Below are positions 1-13,405 of a DNA stretch of 64,000 bases, piece by piece. The DNA is taken from assembly GCA_951406725.2 (NCBI GenBank), contig OX597816.1:167772001-167836000 (forward strand). Reading direction: 5' to 3'. The DNA comes from Octopus vulgaris. Lineage: Eukaryota. Within the stretch, counting starts at the first letter, position 1, and each line of letters begins with the position of its first letter. The translations under genes were made by a program, and so were the position numbers. The notes beneath the pieces are model-generated. The model was not told the DNA's origin and did no database searches. It worked only from the letters and a program-made list of their open reading frames with translations.

Positions 1-345
1 TTGGATGGTTCAACCGGGGTCTGGGAAGCCAGGAGGCTGCACCAGTCTCCAGTTTGATCTGGCAGTGTTTCTACAGCTGGATGCCCTTCCTAATGCCAAC
101 CACTCTGAGAGTGTAGTGGGTGCTTTTTACATGCCACCGGCACAGGGGCCAGGCGAGGTTGGCAATGGCCATGATCGGTTGGTGCTTTATACATGCCACC
201 GGCACAGAAGCCAGTCAAGGTGGCGCTGGCATCAGCCACTTTTGGATGGTGCTTTTTACGTAATACCGGCACAGGTATCGCAACTACAATTTCCATTTGA
301 TTTTTTGATGTTGATGTACTTGACTCAATATGTCTCCTCAAGCAC
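1..345 (-). mobile_element. RTE-type LINE 3' UTR fragment, cut by the window edge
   Basis: Shares the GGATGCCCTTCCTAATGCCAACCACTC core and the TGCCACCGGCAC modules with the 3' UTR of the LINE at 19650-20634. Confidence 0.7.
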
Positions 346-744
346 AGCAGTAATAGTAAAAATTGAAGTCAACAAGAAGGAGCAAGGTTGGACATTTATT
401 CTTTAATCACTACAATTGTTACAGGTACTTGATTATGCAACCACTTCCATGCATCATGAGATTTATTTACATATCACTTGAGGAAACACAACTAGATCTC
501 ATAATGCAGTAGAACGGTTGCATAATCAAGTACCTGCATGCCTGGAGAATTATATTGCTTGGAAACCATACTCCTTGTTGACTCCAATTTTTTCAATTAT
601 CTATTCACACACGCCAAAAGCCCAAACACAAACGCAAAAATACATATAACACTACTACTGGTTCGCACAGGGTAAATCTGAAGGTGGACAAGTTTTACAC
701 TGCACTATACTATGGTCTTAACACAATATACCATAACTATATAT

Positions 745-1221
745 CGATCAGAATCGAAATCGATCAATGGAATTTGCGGATGTGTTACCAGTGCCGGTGG
801 CATGTCGAAACTCTACTTGTGAAGACCCGTTGAGGCAAGTGAGGATCAGAATCGAAATCGATCAATGGAAATTGCAGATGTGTTACCAGTGCCGGTGTTA
901 CCAGTGCCGGTGGCATGTAAGAGAACTTTCCGTTTCGCGACCGTTGCCAGCCTCGCCTGGCCCTCGTGCCGGTGGCACATAAAAAGCACCATCTGTTCGT
1001 GGCCGTTTGCCAGCTCTGTCTGGCACAAGTGCGGGTGGCACGTAAAAAGCACCCACTACACTCACGGAGTGGTTGGCGTTAGGAAGGGCATCCAGCCGTA
1101 GAAACACTGCCAGATTTGATTGGGCCTGATGAAGCCTTCTGGCTTCACAGACCCCAGTAGAACCGTCCAACCCATGCTAGCATGGAAAACGGACGCTAAA
1201 CGACGATGATGATGATGATGA

Positions 1222-1225
<4 letters not shown>
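745..1225 (+). mobile_element. RTE-type LINE 3' end with (GAT)n tail
   Basis: Near-identical, in reverse complement, to 19650-20200 including its internal duplication. Ends ...GCTAAACGACGATGATGAT followed by (TA)n. Confidence 0.8.
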
Positions 1226-1269
<44 letters not shown>

Positions 1270-1282
1270 ATTATTCTATTAA

Positions 1283-1496
1283 ACTTTTATTTGTTTCAGT
1301 CATTTGACTGCAACCATGCTGGAGCAATGCCTTTAGTCGAACAAATTGGCCCCAGAACTTATTTTTGGAAGCTTAGTACTTATTCTGTCAGTCACTTTTT
1401 GCTGAACTGCTAAGTTACAGGGATGTAGACACACCAACATCGATTGTCAAGCAATGGTGGTGGAACAAAAACAGTGACACGAACACACACACACAC

Positions 1497-1568
<72 letters not shown>

Positions 1569-1732
1569 GACAGGATTCTTTAAGTTTCCGTCTCGTAAAT
1601 CCATTCACAAGGCTTTAGTCAGCCCGAGGCTATAGTAGAAGACTCTTGCCCAAGGTGCTATGCAGTGGGACTGAACCCAGAACCATGTGGTTGGTAAGCA
1701 AGCTACTTACCACGCAGCCACTCCTGCACCTA
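1283..1732 (-). mobile_element. tRNA-derived SINE, family A (internal CA/TA microsatellite)
   Basis: Minus-strand head with A box TGGCTGCGTGG and B box GGTTCAGTCCC. Body shared with more than 10 copies in the window. Confidence 0.8.
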
Positions 1733-2394
1733 TGTATGTATATGTATTTTTATATATACACACATACCTGCACACACACATATAACAGGCTTCCTTCAGT
1801 TTCCATTTACCAAATCCCTTCCCAAGGCTTTAGTTGGCCTAAGGTTATAGTAGAAAACAGTTGCCATGTAATGGGATTGAACCTGAAGCCATGTAGTTGG
1901 GAAGCAAACTTCTTAACCACTCAGCCAAGCCTGCACCTATTGTTACATTTCCTTATATTCCTCAAACTTAGTAAGCTTCCGCTGTACAAGTGTGGAGCTG
2001 ACTCACTTTGCCCTTTAATCATATTTCTAAATATAAAAATTCAATTGTTTTACATTTCCTTTTAAAGTGTCTGGAACAACATGAAACAAAGTGTTTTGGC
2101 CCATGCACACAATGCACTGACTGGCCTGGTAATTGAAACCAGTCTTACACTCATGAGTGCAACACCCTAACCACTAGGCTAGACACCTTCACACACACAC
2201 ACACACACACACACACAAAGGCTTCCGAAGTCTCTGTCTACTAGATTCACTCACAAGGGAACTGGTCAGACTAGGGCTATTGTAGAAAGCGCTTGTTGAG
2301 TTTGCTGCATGCTGGGACTGAACTCAAAACCGCATGGTCGCAAAATGAGATTCCTAACCACACAGCCATGCCCTGCACCTATATTGTTCTAATG

Positions 2395-2835
2395 ACATAA
2401 AAAGCACCATCCAAACGTGGTTGATGCCAGTGCCCCCTGATTGGCTCTTCTGCTGGTGGCACGTAAAAAGCACTATCCGAACATGATCAATATCAGGGAC
2501 ACCTGACTGGCTCCTGTGCTGGTGGCCCGTAAAAAGCACCATCTAAACGTGGTTGATGCCAATGGCCCCTGACTGGCTCCTGTGCTGGTGGCACGTAAAA
2601 AGCACTATCCAAACATGATCAATACCAGGAATAACTGACTGGCTCCCATGCCAGTGGCATATAAAAAGCGCCCACTATACTCTCCGAGTGGTTGGTGTTA
2701 GGAAGGACATTCAGCTGTAGAAACATTGCCTGATCAGATTGGAGCCTGGTGCATCCTTGTGGCTTTCCAGATCTCAATCAAACTGTTGAACCCATACCAG
2801 CATGGAAAATGTACATTAAACGATGATGATGATGA
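2395..2835 (+). mobile_element. RTE 3' UTR copy with ~68-bp modules
   Basis: Repeated GGTGGCACGTAAAAAGCAC modules, the shared core and a (GAT)n tail. Confidence 0.7.
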
Positions 2836-2884
2836 CCAGCCTTTCACTTTGGCAGTGGTGCTGATCAGAGATAGGGGTGTAATG

Positions 2885-3400
2885 GCTTGGCAGAGTTTCT
2901 ACAGCTCGATGCCCTTCCTAACGCTAACCACTCTGAGAGTGTAGTGGTTGTTTTTACATGCCACCGGCATGAGGGCCAATCAGGCGGTACTGGCAACAGC
3001 CACGAAAAAATCGTGCTTTTTTTCACATGCCACCTGCACACCGGCACAAGTGCCAGTAAGGCAATGCTAGTAACGATCACGCTCGAATGTTGCTTTTTAC
3101 ATGCTACCGGCACGAACGCCGGTTAACCGCTCTGGCAATGATCACGCTCGGATGGTGCTCTTAGTGCTCCACTAGCACGGATGCCAGTCATTGAATTTGA
3201 TTTCGATTTCACTTGCCTCAACAGGTCTTAGCAAGCAGTGTCCAATGATGCATAAGATATGCATAAGTGGGCTGGTTACACCCTTGGTATAAGCCACAAG
3301 GTTATGGTCTCACTTGGCTTGCCGGGTCTTCTCAAGTACAGCATGTTTCCAAGTCTCGGTCACTGGTCATTGTCTCAGTGAGGCCTAAAATTCGAAGGTA
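2885..3400 (-). mobile_element. RTE LINE 3' fragment
   Basis: Shared core and modules. The part near 3350-3400 resembles the ORF end at 20350-20400. Confidence 0.65.
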
Positions 3401-3409
3401 TATTAATAT

Positions 3410-3855
3410 ATATATAACGGGCTTCTTTCATTTCTATCTACCAAATCCACTCACAAGGCTTTATTTGGCCTGAGGCTATATAGAAGACACTTGCCCAAGG
3501 TGCCATGCAGTGGGACTGAACCCAGAACCTTGTCATTGAGAAGCAAGCTTCTCACCACACAGCTACGTGGTCACTTATTCTTTGTAAACCTAGTACTTAT
3601 TCTATCAGTCTCTTTTTGCCACACCGCTAAGTTGTCAAGCAATGATGGGGGAACAAACATATACATACACACACATATATATATATATATATATACACGA
3701 CGGGCTTCTTTCAGTTTCTGCTAACCAAACCCACTGACAAGGCTTTGGTCAGCCCAAGGTTATAGCAGAAGACATTTGCCCAAAGTGCCATGCAGTGGGA
3801 CTGAACCTGGAACCATGTCGTTGAGAAGCAAGCTTCTTAACACACAGCCATGCCA
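3410..3855 (-). mobile_element. Two partial family A SINEs
   Basis: Two GGGACTGAACC B-box heads with family A body sequence. Confidence 0.7.
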
Positions 3856-4375
3856 TCACCTAATTTATTGCACATAAAATTTACTGGTTTAAAGCAGTTT
3901 TTTTTCATTGCCCTGAAAACTTACCGTGGACCCACAAAATTTTTTATATGCATTGTGGTTGAGAACCCCTGTCCTAAAGGGTGACCAAAAATTACCCTTC
4001 ACACCAACCGTGTTTCGTGATGGAAATGATTATTTTTTTCCCAGCTTGGTTGGGTTGCTAGTTTAGTTAAAACTGACACAATCATGCAATAAATTATACC
4101 ATATTATACTGGGTTACATGTTAATAACATGACCTGACGTTACATGATAACTATAGCAATTTTGACTTCTCTTACTCTCCCCACCCACACGTCTCTCTCA
4201 CTCTCTCACTTTCTTTCACTTTGTCTTTATCACAAATTTACATGTCTATACAGCATTTCTCTGCCCTCCAACTCCCTCAATGATTTTCAAATCTACAAGC
4301 ATCTCTTTTCATTGACCATTTTCCTTCCTTCTTTCCATTAAGACTCCAGCCTCTTAATGCAATAAGCGGCAGCAA

Positions 4376-4406
<31 letters not shown>

Positions 4407-5179
4407 AATAATAAACTTCTGCCAAGGCAACACCAATGCCCTCTCAACAATTAGTTGGAAATGATTTTTAAAATGGAAATATCTGAAATAAACTTGACTG
4501 CTCTCACAAATGAGAATACTAAAAATGAACCCAACCACTCTCAAAAATTAAATAAAAAAAACATGAAAAATAATCCAGAATCCTTGTCTGGTAGCAGATC
4601 GATCCCAAAATCTAATCAGTTCATGCCAGTCACAAGGCCAAACATCCCTGAAAGTTTTGACTGAATCCATTCAGCAGTTCTTAAGATATCTTGTCCACAG
4701 ACAAACGAACACGACTGAAAATAATACCTCCACCTTCACTAAGGCAGATACAATAATAATAATAATAATAAGAAGAAGAAGAAGAAGAATAGTAGTAGTT
4801 TCAAATTTTGGCACAAGGCCAGCAATTTCGGGGGCGGGGCTAAGTTGACTACATCAATACTGGTATATAACTGGTACTTATTTTATTGACCATGAAGTTG
4901 GCACCAGCAGAATTTGAACTTAGAATGTAAAGACAGACAAAGTGCTGCTAAATATTTTATCCAGTCTGCTAACATTTCTACCAGCTTACCATTTTACGAT
5001 GAAATAAATACTGGGTTTAAATTTTGGTACAAGGCCAGCAATTTTACGAGAGGGAGTAAGTCTATTCAATTAACCGCAGTATCTAACCGGTGCTTTATCA
5101 ACCCTGAAAGGATGAAAGGCAAAATCAACCTCAGTGGAATTTGAACCCAGAATGTAAAGACAGACAAAATGCCACTAAG

Positions 5180-5590
5180 CTAGGTGAAGTGGCTGAGTTC
5201 CTTTCAAGTGTTGGGCCTCACGGAGGCGAGGCGGCTGAGTTCCTTTCAAGCATTGGGCCTCATGGAGGCAAAGTGGCTGAGTTCTTTTGAGTGTTGGGCC
5301 TCACAGAGGCAATGACCAAGACCCTTGGCATTATGTCGTGCTTGAGAAGAAGACCCATCAAGCCGAGCAAAATCCTAGTCATGGCAGATACCGGTGTCAC
5401 ACAAATTAGTACGTAAAAGCACCCATTACACTCTTGGAGTGGTTGGCATTAGAAAGGGCATCCAGCTGTAGAAAACCATGCCAAATCAGACTAGAGCCTG
5501 GTGCAGCCTTCCAGCGTGCCAACCCAGTCAAACCATCCAGCCTATGCCAGTATAGACAATGGACGTTAAATCATGATGATAATGATGATT
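5180..5590 (+). mobile_element. RTE 3' fragment with three ~40-bp tandem repeats
   Basis: G(T/C)GGCTGAGTTC...TTGGGCCTCA occurs three times (5185-5310), followed by the RTE core and a (GAT)n tail. Confidence 0.6.
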
Positions 5591-6119
5591 TTAAACACCA
5601 GTTGATGCAGAGAAAAGTCTACTGATGAAGTAAGTGTCTACCACTAGAGATAACTATATGACTGATAGTTAGTCAAATAGCCATTTCTAGTTTATGGAAA
5701 ATTAAGCTTCCTCTAGACCGTCTGTCTGCTTACTTACTTCCTAATTTCTTTCAAAGTAATGACTTCATCAAAAAGTGTCACTTGTACTAGGTTTTAAATT
5801 GTGTCAGCAAAAATCTCTTCTATTTGGCTGCCTTCTCACTTCCCACCAAAATTTCTTGTAATAAGGGTGGGGTGAGTATGTCTAAAAAGTCTGCTGCACT
5901 TGGTTTTTGTATGGAAATAACACATACAACATTATCATGTTATCATGTAATGTAATATCTCTCTAGCCAAACCATTAGATTTAGTGAAGTTTTAAAACAG
6001 ATGGGCAAGTATCTTCTACTATAACCCTGGGCTGACCAAACCTTGAGACTGGATTTGGTAGATGGAAACTGACATCAAAATAACACTGACATCTCATTTT
6101 AACAGATATCTCTTTGTCT

Positions 6120-6520
6120 TTTCTCTTTTACTTGTTTCAGTCATTTGACTGCGGCCATGCTGGAGCACCGCCTTTAGTCGAGCAAATCGACCCCAGGACT
6201 TATTCTTTGTAAGCCAAGTACTTATTCTATCGGTCTCTTTTACCGAACCGCTAAGTGACGGGGACGTAAACACACCAGCATCGGTTGTCAAGCAATACTA
6301 GGGGGACAAACACAGACACACAAACATACACACACATACATATATATATATATACATATATACGACGGGCTTCTTTCAGTTTCCGTCTACCAAATCCACT
6401 CACAAGGCATTGGTCGGCCCGGGGCTATAGCAGAAGACACTTGCCCAAGATGCCACGCAGTGGGACTGAACCCGGAACCGTGTGGTTGGTTAACAAGCTA
6501 CTTACCACACAGCCACTCCT
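6120..6520 (-). mobile_element. tRNA-derived SINE, family A, near full length
   Basis: Very similar to the copies at 39810-40225 and 45990-46413. Confidence 0.85.
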
Positions 6521-6559
6521 AATTTACCAAAATTACATAAAAGTATCTTGAAATACTAA

Positions 6560-6795
6560 AGAGTAAATTTATTCAATAAAATCGCCATTGGCTTCAACCA
6601 TGGCCTCCAACCAAATTCGGAATCTCATGCAACTCTTCTAGATGGTCACCCTGTTTAAGTTGGTGAATGCTGCCATAATCCTTGCCTTCAATTCATCTTT
6701 GGTGTAACAAGGAGTTTTGTTGAACTCACTCACTCAACTGCACCCTACACATAATAATCAAGGGGGTTGCAGTCTGGGGAGTTAGATGGCCAGAT
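6560..6795 (-). pseudogene. Tc1/mariner transposase C-terminal relic
   Basis: Translates to WPSNSPDCNPLDYYV*, matching the W-P-x-N-S-P-D-L-N-P motif, and then ...LEAMVEANGDFIE, with stops. Confidence 0.75.
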
Positions 6796-6799
6796 GCAA

Positions 6800-7470
6800 A
6801 AAAACGTGGCACGTAATAAAAAAAAAAACCCATCCGAGCGTGGCCGTTCACCAGCCTCGTCTGGCACCTGTGACGGTGGCACATAAAAAGCACCCACTAC
6901 ACTCACGGAGTGGTTGGAGTTAGGAAGGGCATCCAGCTGTAGAAACACTGCCAGATCTGACTGGCCTGGTGCAGCCTTCGGGCTTCCCAGACCCCAGTTG
7001 AACTGTCCAACCCATGCTAGCATGGAAAGTGGACGTTAAACGATGATGATGATGATGATATATATATATAATATCATCATCATCATCATCGTTGTCATTT
7101 AGCGTCCACTTTCCATGCTAGCATGGGTTGGACAGTTCAACTGGGGTCTGGGAAGCCAGAAGGCTGCATCAGGCCCAGTCTGATCTGGCAGAGTTTCTAC
7201 AGCTGGATGCCCTTCCTAATGCCAACCACTCCGTGAGTGTAGTGGGTGCTTTTTACGTGCCACCGACACGGGGGCCAGGCGAGGCTGGCAACGGCCACGA
7301 ACGGATGGTGCTTTTTGCTTGCCACCGGCACGGAGGCCAGTCGGGGCGGCGCTGGCAACGGCCACGATCAGATGGTTCGCTTGCTTGTCACCGGCACTGG
7401 GATCACAGCTGCAATTTCCATTGATGTTGATCGACTTCGATTTTGGTTCTGCTTTCTGATATGATTTGAT
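6800..7470. mobile_element. Tail-to-tail pair of RTE 3' ends (6800-7058 +, 7073-7470 -)
   Basis: (GAT)n tail, short (TA)n, then (ATC)n tail. The flanking ~190 bp are near reverse complements. Confidence 0.8.
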
Positions 7471-7740
7471 TTTGATGATTACATATAATATTTGTAAACA
7501 AACCTGTAAGTTATCAGGCTTCCAGGTTTGTTTATAAATATTATATGTAGTAATAGATAATTAAGCTTCTATACATAAAATTTTGACTGAAATTTATGGG
7601 TGAGTGTTCTGGCTCAATCGGAAGCACTAGGTGTCATGTTAGCAGTGATAGGTGGGTTTGATTCTAGTTAGAGTTGGCTCGTCAGTTTTACAGCCAATTG
7701 TTTAGATAAATATCATTTTAAATCGGAGTATATATATCAT

Positions 7741-8290
7741 TCATCATCATCATCATCTTCATTTAATACCAGTTTTTCCATGCTAGCATGGGTTGGATGG
7801 TTTGTCCTAGGACTGGCCAGCTAGGAGGCTGCACCAGGCTCCAATCTGATCTGGCAAGGTTTCTACAGCTAGATCCCCTTCCTAATGCCAACCACTCTCA
7901 GAGTGTAGTGGGTGCTTTTTACGTGCCACTGGCATGGAAGCTAGTCAGGCAGTACTAGCATCAAGCACACTCGAATGGTGCTTTTTACATGCCACAGGCA
8001 CAGATGCCAGTCAGGCAACATTGACATTGGTCATGCTTGAATGGTGTCACTGGCATGGGAGTCAGTCAGGCAGCACTGGCATCAACCATTCTCGATGGTG
8101 CTTTTTACATGTCACTGGCACAGGAGCCAGTTAGGTGGCACTGGCATCAACCACACTCGAATGGTGTATTTTACATGCCACCGGCATGAGTGCCAGTCAG
8201 GCGGCGCTGTCATCGGCCGCAACTAAGATTTCAACAGGTTTTCTGCTGAGTCAAGTGAAATTGTAGTCATGGTCAATGTCAGTGCCATGA
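7741..8290 (-). mobile_element. RTE 3' UTR copy with diverged modules
   Basis: (ATC)n tail, shared core and about five diverged modules. Confidence 0.65.
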
Positions 8291-8304
8291 CTATTATTAT
8301 TATG

Positions 8305-8348
<44 letters not shown>

Positions 8349-9059
8349 CTCTGTGTGTGTGTCTTTGTGCCCGTTTTTCCAGCCACCATCATTTGACATC
8401 CTATGTTGGTGTGTTTATGTCCCTGTACCTTAGCAGTTTGCCAAAAGAGACTAACAGAATAAATACCAAGCTTACAAAGAAGTCCTGGAGTCAATTTCTT
8501 CAACTAAAAAAAAACCCCCTCCAAAGTGGTGCTCCAGCATGGGCACAGCCAAATGACTGAAACAAGCAAAAGAATAAAAAGAGTATATAAATGCATAATT
8601 TGAACGATTGAAAGGAAATAAAATACAAACCATATTATAATTTTTTGACAAATTTGTGCCATCATTATGAAACGTTTGGCAAAGTGAAGTTTTTCCAACT
8701 GCTGAACTACCTGTGAAATAGAAATGATAATAATTACTTCTGCTGTGGGCACAAGGTCTTGAAAATTTTTGTGGGGAAGTGGGGCTAGTCGATTACTTCA
8801 ACCTGGAACAGATTAAATTATATTTTAATTAATTTCAATGGGGAAAATTGATTTGTAAAATGAGTAAATCATAAGACAAGTTCAGTCATGGAACAAATTA
8901 AACTTGTACTGTGAGGTATCACTGTATATATATTATCTGGTGATTTAATACCCAGTGTGAAAGCAATTGGTAAAATTGATTGAAATGAATCAATAAACAC
9001 TATACTTTGATTAATATACACACCTGCTGTTTGAATGCCTGACACACGACTCCCTATTT

Positions 9060-9660
9060 AAGAGTGAACTGGCAGAGGGTAGGTGCACACAAAGTGAACA
9101 GAAAAAGCACTTCGAGGATACACTCAAAGCCTCACTGAAGAGTTTTGAGATCAAACCCTCCTCCACTCTTACTGACTAAACTGCACCAAGAGAGTCGACC
9201 TTGGCGGAATTTGAACTCAGAACATAACGGCAGACGAAATACCGCTTAGCATTTTGCCTGGCGTGCTAACATTTCTGCCAGCTTGCCGCCGTCTTACCAC
9301 ACAGCCATGCCTGTGCCTATAAACACAAACATTTGATCACTCTAAAAAAAATCTGTCTGATGGTTGAACAAGAAATTGTGGAACTACCATCCTTCATCTA
9401 ACAACGAGAGTCCATTATGGGAGTCAACTATGAGAGTCTGTTAAATACAGTAGAACCTTGCAGTATGAGCAGAAAGCGATTGCAGGGGCACAAAGAAAAC
9501 GCGAACTGTGCATGTCCAGAGCCAACTCCTTGTCATCAGTTTCAACAAACCACCAGCGCCTGACCTGTAGCAGAGCCTTCAAAATACACATTGGACTGAT
9601 TAACCAAAGCCAGACATGGCGTACCCTGCCTTTTTCTCTCATGTGATGTCATTGGTCATC
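9060..9660 (+). pseudogene. RTE/BovB-like LINE ORF C-terminal relic, interrupted by a SINE piece
   Basis: ELAEGRCTQSEQKKHFEDTLKASLKSF and TCSRAFKIHIGLINQ resemble the BovB-type C-terminus, including its terminal zinc-finger-like motif. Confidence 0.6.
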
Positions 9661-10328
9661 TTCATCATCATCATCATTTAACGTCCGCTTTCCATGCTAG
9701 CATGGGTTGGACAATTTGACTGAGGTCTGGAGAACCAGACTCTAATCTGATCTGGCAGAGTTTCTACAGCTGGATGCCCTTTCTAATGCTAACCACTCTG
9801 AGAGTGTAGTGGGTGCTTTTACGTGCCACCAGCACGAGGGCCAGTTTGGTGGTACTGGCAACAGCCACGCTCAAATGGTGCTTTTTATGTGCTACCTGCA
9901 CAGGAGCCAGTCCAGCAGCACTGGCAACGACCTCGCTCGAATGTCAACAACGACAAATGCATTTGAGGACGGCTGCTTAAAGAAGTGCTGATCTCTAATT
10001 GTAGAGAGAACCTGTAGATGGGGTGGACCCAGGAAGATGTGAGAAGTGGTGAGAAAGAATCTTCAGATACTGGGTCTCACTAAGGAGATGACAAGGGACT
10101 GGAACTCGTGGCAATTTGCTGCACTTGAGAAGACATATGTCAAGCTAAGTAAAATCATGGCCATCCATGGCTATAAAGGGACATGACCCTACTCCCTCTC
10201 CTAGCCGAGAAGTCTTTGTCTTGCAGGTGCTAGTGCCACATAAGATGCACCTGTGCCAGTGGCATGTAATGAGCACCCAGTGTGAAACCAATAGATATGA
10301 TTGACAGAAATTAATCTATAACACTATA

Positions 10329-10844
10329 TAAATAATAAATGCGCCCTTTTAAAGCCTAGCCAGGCTCATGAGCCCAGTTTCCTGGTTTCAATGGCGTATG
10401 TGTTCCCCAGCTGGACGGGACGCCAGTCCATCGCAGTGTTACTCATTTTTGCCAGCTGAGTGGACTGGAGCAACGTGAAATGAAATGTTTTGCTCAAGAA
10501 CACAATGCGTTGCCCAGTCCAGGAATCGAAACCACAATCTTACAATCATGATGCTGATACCCTAACCACTATGCCACGCATCTCCACTCAAATAAATGCG
10601 CCCTTTTAAAGCCTAGCCAGGCTCATGGGCCCTGTTTCCCGGTTTCAATGGCATATGTGTTCCCCAGCTGGACGGGACGCCAGTCCATCGCAGCGTTACT
10701 CATTTTTGCCAGCTGAGTGGACTGGAGCAATGTGAAATGAAGTGTTTTGCTCAAGAACACAACACGTCGCCCGGTACAGGAATTGAAACCACAATCTTAC
10801 GATCATGATGCTGACACCCTAACCACTAAGCCATGCGCCTCCAC
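10329..10844 (-). mobile_element. Tandem dimer of tRNA-derived SINE family B with a 13-bp TSD
   Basis: Two ~255-bp units with A/B boxes. CTATAACACTATA at 10316-10328 and 10845-10857. Confidence 0.85.
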
Positions 10845-11043
10845 CTATAACACTATACTTTGATTAATATACGCACCTACTGTTTGAGTGCCTGACACAC
10901 CGATGATATGTAAAGAGCATCCAGCACACTCTGTAAAGTGGTTGGTGTTAGGAAGAGCATCCAGCTGTAGATACCTTGCCGAAACAGACAACTAGAGCCT
11001 GGACAACTTTCCAGCTTGCCAGCTCCTGTGAAACTATCTAACT

Positions 11044-11337
11044 CAGTGGTTCCCAAATTTTTTCGGGCTGCTGCCCCCTTGACGTCCAGGCTACATTCTT
11101 AGTTCCCCCACCCCAAGTAACCATCACAAACGTAGACCTCTTTTTGAAGCAAGTTCAAAGCAACTGTATTTCACAAATAAATCTTAACCTAATAAACCCA
11201 TTATGTTGTTTTTACATGAATCATTACCCCATTATTGCCCCACATTTTACATGAATTGCTACCCTATTATCGCCCCCTTGGAACTTTCCACTGCCCCCAG
11301 GGGGGGGGGGCAATACCGCCCACTTTGAGAACCAGTG
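11044..11337. mobile_element. hAT (Buster-type) MITE inserted into an RTE 3' end
   Basis: TIRs CAGTGGTTCCCAAA / TTTGAGAACCAGTG. 8-bp TSD ATCTAACT / GTCTAACC with central TA. Confidence 0.85.
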
Positions 11338-11439
11338 GTCTAACCCATGCCAACGTGGAAAACGGACGTTAAATGGTGATGATGATTCTAGTGACAAATG
11401 AGTGCGTATTTTTTGAAAATAATGTAATAATAAAAAATA

Positions 11440-11715
11440 ATAATGAAATTATTGTATACAGTGCTCAGGTGTACCACAACTTGTCAAAAGTGCGTATAAA
11501 GCATATGCAGTAATGTACAAATGTCTGGGAAGCAAACAGTGTATGAGTCAGATACATGCTTGCGTGTGATGGAGGGGAGAAAATCAGGTGTAGTGTTGGC
11601 GAATCTCAGGAAGCATGGAAGTTTTGAAGAATGCAGTGCTCCGACAACTAACAACTGATGCCGGCAGTTTGTTCCATGCTTCAGCAACTCTCAGCGTGAA
11701 AAAATGTTTCCGAAA
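11440..11715 (-). mobile_element. CR1-type LINE 3' end
   Basis: Minus strand reads RKHFFTLRVAEAWNKLPASVV, the CR1 FFxxRVxxxWNxLP motif, followed by a 3' UTR. Confidence 0.8.
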
Positions 11716-13084
11716 GTTTACCGCAAGTGGAAAAATGGTTGAGGGGCATTGATATAGATAGAAAAGTAGATAGACACAAACACACAGTTAATCTATTAAT
11801 ACGGACATCTAACGATGAGACGTGTATCTGCTAGAAATAACAGCCAAAATTTGGACCAGAACACACTCTACCCTTGTTGAAAAGGATACATCGGATAATG
11901 TATCTTTTAATGAATATTTGTTATTACCCGCGAATATTAACTACTATTCCAGTCCCAACCCGCCAGTGGCGGTAGATCTACAAGGAAGCTCGTCCTTTTA
12001 GAAATAATAGCTATATACCCTTTTAACTACATTCTATCACCATAGAAGTAAAGGACACGTTCGATAATGGGGCGAAGTTTCGCATGTCGTAGCGCAGACC
12101 GAAACTATGCCGATAATGGCATTCTAGAGAGATACTCATACTGCATTTATAAAGATAACGGGATGGTAGCGGCTGGAATGTTTTCGATCTTAGGTATGGT
12201 TTATCAGACGTGATACAACCTAGGGCTAAACAAAAGTAATGTCAGAACACAAACACACATGCACATACAGGCGTACAAATGCACACATACATACCAGCTC
12301 GCACGTTCATGCATCACGATGCATGTGCCTGTACTTAGATGTTTTTGACATACACAAAATATAAACAACTAACTTACCAAGAAGAAAGCATTTAGCGTGG
12401 AGAACCGTCGTCATGGTTGCTAAGGAATAAAACGGATGTAAACAACAGATTCTAATAACGCAGTTAATCAGTTTTAGCGTGCATGAAATTTCTTGTTTAT
12501 ATCTGTGAAATAACATCGTCTCTTCCGGGATACCCAATATTTATTAAAGAATCAAATAATTAAGATTATTTGAAATATTTTGTATCCACAAATGCTACAT
12601 TTTCTTTTTATTTTAAACTACTTGAATTTTATACAGTGTCGATACACACGAGTGAACAATAAATAAATAAATAAATAAATTTACCCAAATTTCTTCAACC
12701 ACTTGAAGTTTTTCAAATTTTCAACAGATTATATTTTTTAAAATTAGTTCTCATGTAGGTTTGTATGCTGATGATGAAAATTGTATTCGCATTTTCGGGG
12801 CTAATGCAATTTCGCCCCTCTCCTTGAAAAATGTATTTTTTTGAAAAAAAAAAAACTTTTCGGATTCCTACGTTTTACATATCCAAGATTACAAATATGC
12901 AAAACAAAAAAATTAGTTTCACCTCCACCCCAATTTAAATTTTTGATTTTGTTTACTTTAAAGAGATCGTAGCGAATTGACAAACATATGCAAATCGAAA
13001 TTAAATACAGATAAAAGCATTAAAGTGATAAGAATTATCGTTTTACTTGTGTTTGCCTTAAATAATCGTAAATAATAATTTAAA

Positions 13085-13405
13085 GACTCCGCCGGTTACG
13101 ACGACGAGGGTCCCAGCTGATACGATCGACGGAACAGCTTGCTCGTGAAATTAACGTGCAAATGGCTGAGCATTCCACAGACACGTGTACCCTTAACGTA
13201 GTTCTCGGGGATAATCAGCGTGACACAGAGAGTGACAAGGCTGACCCTTTGAAATACAAGTACAACTAATTTTTGCCAGCTGAGTGGACTGGAGCAACGT
13301 GAAATAAAATGTCTTGCTCAAGGACACAACGCGTCGCCGGGAATCGAACTCACAACCTTACGATCATGAGCCGAATGCCCTAACCACTAAGCCACGCGCC
13401 CTCAC
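13085..13405 (-). mobile_element. tRNA-derived SINE (family B head, different tail)
   Basis: Minus-strand TGGCTTAGTGG A box, GAGTTCGATTCCC B box and TCCTTGAGCAAGACA core. Confidence 0.8.
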
